This document shows positions 57,601 through 64,000 of a DNA stretch of 64,000 nt, piece by piece (positions within the stretch are counted from its first letter, which is position 1; every line of letters starts with the position of its first letter). Source of the stretch: Thermoplasmata archaeon (GTDB taxonomy: Archaea; Thermoplasmatota; Thermoplasmata; Lutacidiplasmatales; UBA184); assembly GCA_021809545.1 (NCBI GenBank), contig JAKAYL010000002.1:2340-66339 (forward strand), in the 5' to 3' direction. A program made the translations under genes and the position numbers. The notes under the pieces were generated by a model that saw nothing but the letters and a program-made list of their open reading frames with translations, did no database searches and was not told where the DNA came from.

Positions 57601-58874
57601 TTCAACCCGGCGACGACCTGCAGCCCCACCGAGAGCGAGAGACAGTACTTGAACGAGGACAAGGTGGCGGTCAGTTGTCCCTGGAAGTCGAGGTAGGGGC
57701 GGATGTAGAAATAGGGCCCGACGATGGAATAGTAGAATTTCGTGTCGACCTTCGGCACGTCGGCGTAGGCCCATACATCGAAAGAGGCCTGCAGGGTCGG
57801 GGCGGTGACCGTCGTAGTGTTACTATACTTGCTGATCGGCTGCCATCCGTTCGCGGAGCTGTACTCGAATCCCGCCTCCGCGGTGAAGGTATAGTCGATG
57901 GAAGCGCTCACTTGTGCGTCGACCGTGACCTGGACCCCCAGCACGATCTCCGGGGTGATGGAAATCTCCACGGGGACCGGGCCGATGTCGAACCAGAGGT
58001 TCCAGGTGGTCAGCGGGTAGGTCACGCTCGCCTGGTAACTCACCTTGTCGGAGATCGAGGCGGAGAGAAGGGCATCGTTGGTCATCTCGAGCTTGACCGA
58101 GAACTGGTTGACATTGATCCCGCAAGGGACGAAGAGACACCACTTGAGGGAAACGTCGAGGTAGGCCTTGAGCTCGACATCGAGGGAGTCCGTGGCGGAG
58201 ATCGAGATCGTGACCACGTTCGACCCACCCTTGAAGTGGGTGGTGGTCTTCCAAGTGTACCCGTACGTCTGCGACCAAGAGAGGAGAGTCACGGTCCCGC
58301 CCGCGCTGATATCCGTGGTGACGTGCCCATACTTGGCCACCGCCTGGGAGTACTCCATCGGACCGTCGATCCACACCTTGCCCTGAAGGATGACGTTCGT
58401 GATGGAAGCGTTCGTTGTGTTGAGGATGTATTCTCCGTTCGCAAAGAGCTTCTGCGTGACCACCCGGAAGACCCCCGGCTGCTGGATGCTCACAAGGACG
58501 GAACCGGGCTGTACCCCCTGGATCTGGGTGGCCGTGTATCGGAAATAATAGACAGAGCCTTGCACCGCGAGGAGCTTTCCCATCGTGGAGGGCCCCAAGA
58601 CCATGACCTGTTTGTTGATGTAGACGCCCTGGGTCTGCACAACGTACCCATTGCTGAAGTAGGTGCCGTTCGCCACGGAGGTGGCATAGTTGTTGATATC
58701 ACCGACCTGGGAGGTCGTGGAGGGGACGGCCTTCGCAGAGACCGGAGCTGCCACGTTCCCCGGGGCTATCTGGATCGCTGAAGCACCGGAGGAAAGGACC
58801 AGGATGCCCAGTACGAGGAAGACGTAATGTGCGGGGTGGCTCCTCAGGCTCCACAGATCCTGCCACAGCGCCAT
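54696..58874 (-). CDS. Secreted multidomain putative peptidoglycan hydrolase: beta-rich domain, 2 PKD, GH18-like, lysozyme/SLT-like and Amidase_6-like domains
   Basis: Signal peptide; GYKGYVVDFEP; GF...MAYQES...GILQL...FNP; YNRNAAVSYA...DCAHFVS...LQPGD...DHVAVIV...DAHT; no C-terminal TM. Confidence 0.8.
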   Translation of the reverse strand: MALWQDLWSLRSHPAHYVFLVLGILVLSSGASAIQIAPGNVAAPVSAKAVPSTTSQVGDINNYATSVANGTYFSNGYVVQTQGVYINKQVMVLGPSTMGKLLAVQGSVYYFRYTATQIQGVQPGSVLVSIQQPGVFRVVTQKLFANGEYILNTTNASITNVILQGKVWIDGPMEYSQAVAKYGHVTTDISAGGTVTLLSWSQTYGYTWKTTTHFKGGSNVVTISISATDSLDVELKAYLDVSLKWCLFVPCGINVNQFSVKLEMTNDALLSASISDKVSYQASVTYPLTTWNLWFDIGPVPVEISITPEIVLGVQVTVDAQVSASIDYTFTAEAGFEYSSANGWQPISKYSNTTTVTAPTLQASFDVWAYADVPKVDTKFYYSIVGPYFYIRPYLDFQGQLTATLSSFKYCLSLSVGLQVVAGLKKIGLQFWGLSLTVDVNLVVTLYSQQWMLWQYPAGCAGGGGGGIGGPLKVSNTVGPVSGNIPLQVNFATTPSGGSPPYNYTWNFGDNSALNYSSATSHNYTAQGNYQATLTVRDSAGNSVSNTFAITVKVPKLTARASVSPGSGEASATTFQFEGAAAGGLPPYAYSWNFGDGSTSTSQNPAHVYSAEGRYTATLTVTDGQGTTATSVIAVAITAPPAYFLPVVCQSCAWIGNASAFSSTYTALVPDMQDLAEYGYELTPSGGFEPASWFLNPQNNLTSWGQKNSLPVFATITAGGCPAASLQTFLSSGAGAQAHFIQSAVGVAQASGYKGYVVDFEPTPCDGVGVSSGEGVLFGNFMHSFASALKAKGLQLDALVGSSSLWETGNSGSDFWFLPAMAGAGVTWYLKDFTCSVTGYEQAIQTLQAAGLTGNQLGALLSSVNCAGSPNALPAMESEANWSVYHHLQNLGWFALDDGGAAIPNTEFWNFLYTLEHPPAVGGGGGGGGGGGGGGGGGGGGAGAGCPDQSYYQNGHSLNLQAAVDCAMNGGFPSSALVITVVSMAYQESTFCPGAIEGGSGACSTVAPNSGCQALGILQLGHPAQTSPSGQCLQPQPVPQGEPSPITGYPSYSQCSGATDWGGVYFNPTCAFEWSYAEYQDCGNSFSCFWGSYISGAYCKWAPNGFTGTGSVRCSGYNQNQANLPWSTVCPNDQCTTGSSGGGPGSGAYNRNAAVSYANTYWNEVNKDGYFWLCGGLLSPSQDGGPGATITSYENNNGCDCAHFVSSAIGDDGGGGVPIEKLPDATSGGPYGIPSAPHLVGDMLNAKWATSVTNGLVPATSVSSAQLSQLQPGDFIGYNWNDVTGTNIWNVDHVAVIVSTSGGRILVDAHTDSQNGVSWEMSSAASVWLVHVTYNGQPPATPISGSGYHAISPVTIALHTTHPALENLGMGFPVLMVAASPPSRFGTAPQAP
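56052..56111 (-). repeat. Poly-glycine linker (20 consecutive Gly codons)
   Basis: Counted directly; all four GGN codons are used. Confidence 0.9.
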
Positions 58875-59141
58875 TCCTTCTTAGTGCCCCGCTCTCCCGA
58901 AAGTGACTGCGCCCGACGGCGCATCGTGTGATATATATTGGCATAGTACCATATATTCCTTCCGGTAAGAGACGGCAAAGCGACGCCCAGAGATTGAGAA
59001 AGGCCCCGACGGACGGTCCGGTAGATTTCGCTTCAGGAGGGGGAGGGGTCCCCATCTGGGAAGTCTCCCCCAGATTCAAGAGACCGGGCGAAAGCCTTTT
59101 AGCCCCGCCGAGGTTGCTACGCCAACTCACGGGGCTGGAAA

Positions 59142-59699
59142 ATGCGAACGAGATACTTGCGGGGGAATCGCCGAGGTGCGTTGGAAGGAGTGCCGTTGTA
59201 CCTGATCATTCTGATCGTCATTGCAGCGATCGTCGTGGTGATCCTGCTGGGCTGGCTCTCTAGCATTCAGCATCCCACGATAGGATCGGTCGCGACCACC
59301 GTCGGTGGTTCGAGCACCATGACCATCAGCGGGACGACCTCCTGTTCGGGAACGGCGTACTGGTGCTTCACACCGGACAACGCGACCGGAGGATGCCGCT
59401 ACACCTACCTGCAGTCCGCAACCCAACCCGCCGTCCAGATCCAGGTCCAAGACAGCCACGGGAATCCCCTCGGAGGGGTCACCGTCACGCTCACGGCGAA
59501 CTCGGGAGTGAACATCACAGGGGCCAACATCGCCAACACCGGGTCGAACGGGATCGCCGCCTTCTCCACGCTCACCGGTTCCGTTAACGCCAACACGCAG
59601 AGCGCCACGATCTCGGTATCGGCGTCCTACGGTTCGGGCGGAACCCCGAGCACGGATGGCGGTGGCACCATCATCGTAGACCCACCGGCTGGCTGCTGA
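59142..59699 (+). CDS. Type IV pilin-like protein (class III signal peptide); candidate major pilin
   Basis: GNRRG|ALEGVPLYLIILIVIAAIVVVILL; paralogous to 42276..42776. Confidence 0.82.
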   Translation: MRTRYLRGNRRGALEGVPLYLIILIVIAAIVVVILLGWLSSIQHPTIGSVATTVGGSSTMTISGTTSCSGTAYWCFTPDNATGGCRYTYLQSATQPAVQIQVQDSHGNPLGGVTVTLTANSGVNITGANIANTGSNGIAAFSTLTGSVNANTQSATISVSASYGSGGTPSTDGGGTIIVDPPAGC

Positions 59700-59731
59700 T
59701 CGGGGCCACCCCCCCGACGTGAGAGGGAGGC

Positions 59732-62700
59732 GTGCGCAGGATCTCCCGGCGGGACGGAAGGATACCCTATTCTTTCGTCGCCGTCGTCATCCTCGCCAGC
59801 ATCTTTCTCCTCGTGGCCTCCCTGGAACAGGTCTCCATCGCCACCACGACCCAGAACGCCTACGATGTTCCGGGCGCCACGCAGAACGCGCTTGCCCTGG
59901 TCGAGTCGGACATTTCCTCCGCCGCGCAGTACGACCTCATGCGCTCGGAGGCCAATCTCCTCGCCGGCACGGTCAACCCTTCCCTGAATCTCCTCAACGG
60001 ATCCCTCAACACAGCCTTCACCACCTCGATGGCCGCCCTGGGCCTCTCCTCGCCTCAGGGGTTAACTGAGGGTACGGTCGTAGTCAAGGCGAGCGGCTGG
60101 GGGATCAATGCCACCTTCGCCGAGGGGCAAGTCATGGACGGCACCCCGGCGGTCACGCTGACACCGGGTCCGACGAATCCCTACCTTCCGCTCCCGAACG
60201 AGGTGAACCTCGCGCAACAGACCACGTGGTCGTTCACGACCGAACCCATCTATCCCATGGCGACCGGTCACGTCGTCCTGACCGCTTTGGACGGTAACAG
60301 TGGGCAGACCCTGACCCAGAGCTACAGCTTTTCCGTGAGCGTGCAAAGCGAGCTCGGCCTCCTCGAAGCGAAAGCAGGCCAATTCCGGGATGCCCTCACA
60401 GGGCCCTCGGGCAGCCTCTCCGAGCTCGTGAAGTACCTTGTCACCACCCTGGGAGAGCTGCGGGCGCTCTCGGGGTACGGCTCCGGTGGGTACCCGGGGC
60501 CCACCTCCGGGACCGTGATCTCGGGGGCGACGAACAACTCCGTCCTGTCCCAGTCGGACGTTCGCGATGCCGTCAGTCTGGCAATCCTGCTCGATTCCCT
60601 GAGGTACTTCCGTTCCTTCGACGCCGGCGCCGTCACCTCCTTCCTCAGCAGCATGCCGCCGGGCGCCTATCAGCAACTCCTCGAACACTACGTCTTCAAT
60701 GGCACCATCGACCCCGCTACGCTCTTCCTGCTCTTCCTCGACAGCCAGGGAGGGTGGTCCGATGGCTGGGTCGCGAGCGGTGAAGGCCTGGCAAGCGCCA
60801 TCTATGGGTTCGCGGATCGCTTCAAGTTCGATCTCCTGCAGCACTTCTGGGGTGCCAATGTTGTGGATCCCACCTTGACAGAGCCCGTGGCCAGTTGGTC
60901 GACAGTACAGAGTCAGGGGACCTCGTACGCGATCTCGATGCTCTCTCAGTGGCTCTGGGACTACGGAACCTGGCTGGGGGTGACCCAGAAGTCCCTCCCG
61001 GCCTACAACAACACGGCGACCATCCCGGCGATGACGGCGACGGTGGCGGGATGTACGTACGTGCTTTTCCCAGGGGGTAGCATCCAGACGAGCGACCCCG
61101 GTGTTCCCGATCTTGCGAGCCTCATCTTGGGGACTCCGTACTCAGAGACGATCACGCTCCCGAATAACCAGCAGGTCACGCTGATGCTTGCCCCGGACAA
61201 CTACCAGATCTGGGAGAACGTCTCCATCGACAACCCCGGTTCACCCTACTACTACGCCCCGAACTACTGGATCGATTTCAACGAGAACGCGACGTACATC
61301 ACGACGAACCAATCCCTTCTGTGGCTCTTCAACCCACAGGAGTTCAGCTCCTATGACCCTGGAGCCTACGACCGGACGCTCCACACGGTCATGGTGGACC
61401 TCTCCAACTCGATGCAGCACAAGTCCGCTACGGCGGGGCTGGTCGGGGACAAGGGGTACCTGGATTACGTCGGGTACCAGGGTGACCTGAGCGGCGCCAA
61501 CACCACCCTGACCGGAGCGGGGCTTCCGAACCTCAGCACCCCCGCGGGCAGGAATACCGCGCTCAACACCTCCTACTCCTTCCTCACCAACGGCACCACC
61601 TCCCTTTTCCAGGGACCTTTCTCGCGCACCCTCGCAAACTTCAGCCAGCGGGCGGCGAACCCGGCGAACGTGACCAACTGGTGGGTGAACGGGGCCTCCC
61701 ACCCGACACTCGTCGGCCCGGCGGACCCCCCGACAACGGATGCCGCGAACAACTGGACCATGTCGGCCATCTCGAGCTACGCCGCCCGGGAGTGGTTCCA
61801 GATGCTCTACACGCTCTGGTACGGTTCGGGCGGAACGGTCCCCACCACGGCTCCCGCCGTGAACCAGATCAACTACCAGAACATGGATGCGAGCCAGTAC
61901 AATGTCGTCAGCCCCGGAGTGGAGAGGGCACCGCCTGCGCCCTATCAGGAACCGAACTTTGCTATCAACGTCATGAACGAGACGTTCTACTCGGTCTACT
62001 GCTGGATCACCGGCACGGGCACCGGGATCGGCTGCGGGGGAGAGGACGGGTACCAGTTCTGCCCCAACAACCAGAACTTCTTCGGGGATTGTCTGGGTGC
62101 GACGGCGCAGGACAACCCCAACTACTACTACGGCGCCTGCGGGGGCGGTAACGCGGGGCTCGCCTACAATGCCGCCCTCAACAACTACTACTACCCCGGG
62201 ACGGGTGGGCTCAACAACATGTGGAACGTGGTGCGAACCTCGGTGCTGCAGTCCCTCGCCGGAGGGGTCGACCAGATCCACGCCCTGCTCCAATCCTCGT
62301 GGGACAGTGTCTATAACAACACCGGGGACGCAACCTGGGGCGGGCAGAACTTCACCCAGTGGATCCTCCAGTTCATCGCTCCTCCCATCCTCAACGACAC
62401 CGTCCTCCTCGCCCAGGCGGGAGGCTGGGTGACCCAGCTGTACAACACTACCGAACGCTGGCTCTCGGGCGCGACGAACCTCAGCGGAACCGTGGTGAAG
62501 CCCTGGTTGGACCGGGGAAGACCGTACGCTTTTGCCCTCGGGAACTCCACCCTAGAGACCGCGGACGCACAGGTCTTCAATGAGAGCTTGAGCCAGATGA
62601 CCATGTCCTTCGGTGGCGGTGCCCTCACATGGTCCCTGCCGCAGTACAGCGTCCACCTGGTCGACCCGCAGAACCAGAGCACGAACATGGGAATCGCACC

Positions 62701-64000
62701 CTTCGAGACGAGCTGGTCCATCTCCCTGCAGGGTTCGCTTTCGCTTTCTCTCGTGAGCTCCCGGATGAGCTTGCTCTCCGGAGGGACGCTGCACCCGACG
62801 GTCCTCAATCTGAGCTTGCCGGTCAATTCCCAGACGCTCGTCACGCTCTACACACCCTGGGAGCTCGGGAGCGGTTGGGACAACCTCCCCACACCCCTTC
62901 CGGGAGATCCGACCCTGCTCAACACGCGAGGGCTCACGGGACTCGAAGGACACGACTATCACAGTGCCCCCGCTCTTCTCCCCGGTGTCTATCCGAGCGT
63001 TCCGCTCGATGACCTGCTGCTCCGCACCGCGGCCCTCGGGAGGGTTACGGCCGGCGAGGGGCTCTCGCTTGCGAACCTGCTGGCCGGATACCCCGGGCTC
63101 GCCTCCGGCGGCTCAGCGGCGTGGAGCCAGAATCTGACCCTGCTCGAACTGACCACGAACGCCGGGCTCGCGGCGACCTCCGGCACCTTCCTCACCGCCT
63201 CCCAGACGGATCTGGCGCTCCTGCGGTCCGACCTTTCTTCCGCAGCCCAGGGGGGCGTTCCGCTTGCGTTCGACTTCGGGGCGAACGCCTTCCTCGGCGC
63301 CAACGCGACCTTTGACACGACCGGGCAAGTCGTGAGCTACTTCTGGCCCGCTCCCGCCTCCCCCACGTTCGGTCCCCAAGAGGAGTACACCCTGACATTC
63401 CAAGGTGCCCGCGTCGGGGACGCCTTCACGATCGACAACCCCTTCGTTGTGGCGAACCCAGGAACGAACGGGTTCTCGGGCTCTTGGGGGACCAGCGCCG
63501 CTGGGACCTACCAGCTCCATTCCCTCTGGGTAGAGTTCGGTCAGAAGTACATGCTCAGTCTGAGAGGACCGGCCACCCCGGCCCCGGTCACCTCACAAAC
63601 CGCCACCTACCCCAGTCTCTCAGTACCCTATCTCTTCGGGAAGGGCGGAGGGATTCCGGGCAGCGTGAGTGTCTTCGGCGCAGGGGGGCTCCCCGGAACG
63701 GCCACCTCCACGTTTGTTGCCTCGTTGCCTCCCCCCGGCACCACCGTCACTTTCCCGGACTACATCGCCCAGCAAGAATACGCAGCTGGCCACTTCTATG
63801 ACGATCTGGTTTCCGGTGCGGTCCCCGTGCAGGCAGGGATCGGCGCGTTCGGATACTCGACCGCGATCTCCCAGGGAGGAGCGGGACTCGCCAACTACTC
63901 GCTCTATCTCACAGGGCCCACAGGAGGAGTGTTCGGCTCGGCCGCCGCGGAGCAGAACCTTACTGCGTTCCTCCTCTGGCTCGACGACAACATGGAGCCG
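59732..64000 (+). CDS. Giant (>1400 aa) protein with pilin-like leader, truncated at the window edge
   Basis: Missing from the ORF track. GTG 59732 follows GAGGGAGG and reads MRRISRRDG|RIPYSFVAVVILASIFLLV. The same frame reads sensibly at sampled points (ELRALSGYG, SDVRDAVSLAILL) through AFLLWLDDNMEP at 64000; not every codon was checked. Confidence 0.8.
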   Translation, partial: MRRISRRDGRIPYSFVAVVILASIFLLVASLEQVSIATTTQNAYDVPGATQNALALVESDISSAAQYDLMRSEANLLAGTVNPSLNLLNGSLNTAFTTSMAALGLSSPQGLTEGTVVVKASGWGINATFAEGQVMDGTPAVTLTPGPTNPYLPLPNEVNLAQQTTWSFTTEPIYPMATGHVVLTALDGNSGQTLTQSYSFSVSVQSELGLLEAKAGQFRDALTGPSGSLSELVKYLVTTLGELRALSGYGSGGYPGPTSGTVISGATNNSVLSQSDVRDAVSLAILLDSLRYFRSFDAGAVTSFLSSMPPGAYQQLLEHYVFNGTIDPATLFLLFLDSQGGWSDGWVASGEGLASAIYGFADRFKFDLLQHFWGANVVDPTLTEPVASWSTVQSQGTSYAISMLSQWLWDYGTWLGVTQKSLPAYNNTATIPAMTATVAGCTYVLFPGGSIQTSDPGVPDLASLILGTPYSETITLPNNQQVTLMLAPDNYQIWENVSIDNPGSPYYYAPNYWIDFNENATYITTNQSLLWLFNPQEFSSYDPGAYDRTLHTVMVDLSNSMQHKSATAGLVGDKGYLDYVGYQGDLSGANTTLTGAGLPNLSTPAGRNTALNTSYSFLTNGTTSLFQGPFSRTLANFSQRAANPANVTNWWVNGASHPTLVGPADPPTTDAANNWTMSAISSYAAREWFQMLYTLWYGSGGTVPTTAPAVNQINYQNMDASQYNVVSPGVERAPPAPYQEPNFAINVMNETFYSVYCWITGTGTGIGCGGEDGYQFCPNNQNFFGDCLGATAQDNPNYYYGACGGGNAGLAYNAALNNYYYPGTGGLNNMWNVVRTSVLQSLAGGVDQIHALLQSSWDSVYNNTGDATWGGQNFTQWILQFIAPPILNDTVLLAQAGGWVTQLYNTTERWLSGATNLSGTVVKPWLDRGRPYAFALGNSTLETADAQVFNESLSQMTMSFGGGALTWSLPQYSVHLVDPQNQSTNMGIAPFETSWSISLQGSLSLSLVSSRMSLLSGGTLHPTVLNLSLPVNSQTLVTLYTPWELGSGWDNLPTPLPGDPTLLNTRGLTGLEGHDYHSAPALLPGVYPSVPLDDLLLRTAALGRVTAGEGLSLANLLAGYPGLASGGSAAWSQNLTLLELTTNAGLAATSGTFLTASQTDLALLRSDLSSAAQGGVPLAFDFGANAFLGANATFDTTGQVVSYFWPAPASPTFGPQEEYTLTFQGARVGDAFTIDNPFVVANPGTNGFSGSWGTSAAGTYQLHSLWVEFGQKYMLSLRGPATPAPVTSQTATYPSLSVPYLFGKGGGIPGSVSVFGAGGLPGTATSTFVASLPPPGTTVTFPDYIAQQEYAAGHFYDDLVSGAVPVQAGIGAFGYSTAISQGGAGLANYSLYLTGPTGGVFGSAAAEQNLTAFLLWLDDNMEP

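Overview
GC-rich archaeal chromosomal segment, most consistent with Thermoplasmata. The assignment is an inference from the archaeal-type S-adenosylmethionine synthetase, aIF-1A, Sec11-type signal peptidase, TATA-like boxes about 30 nt before start codons, class III signal peptides and PKD-rich surface proteins. Left to right: a partial HyfB-like membrane hydrogenase/antiporter subunit; a vapBC pair; a candidate Xer/dif site; housekeeping genes (nadB, GNAT, prs, methyltransferase, mat, tRNA-Thr, ZIP transporter, signal peptidase, nnr, aIF-1A, UDG, fixC-like). Next is a three-gene surface-protein cluster whose members share terminal domains in an anchor/extender/protease pattern, and a complete bacterial-type pentose phosphate operon (tkt, tal-pgi, HAD, gnd, zwf, pgl, ROK kinase). 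The last ~23 kb is a type IV pilus/Tad-like locus: ATPase, double TadC-like platform, six pilin-like proteins and a giant pilin-leader protein. Embedded in it is a 1392-aa secreted protein with three different predicted peptidoglycan-hydrolase domains (GH18-like, lysozyme/SLT-like, Cys-His amidase). The strongest candidate novel system is this pilus-associated antibacterial/predation locus, followed by the modular anchor-extender-protease assembly. All family assignments come from motifs read by eye; no searches were run.
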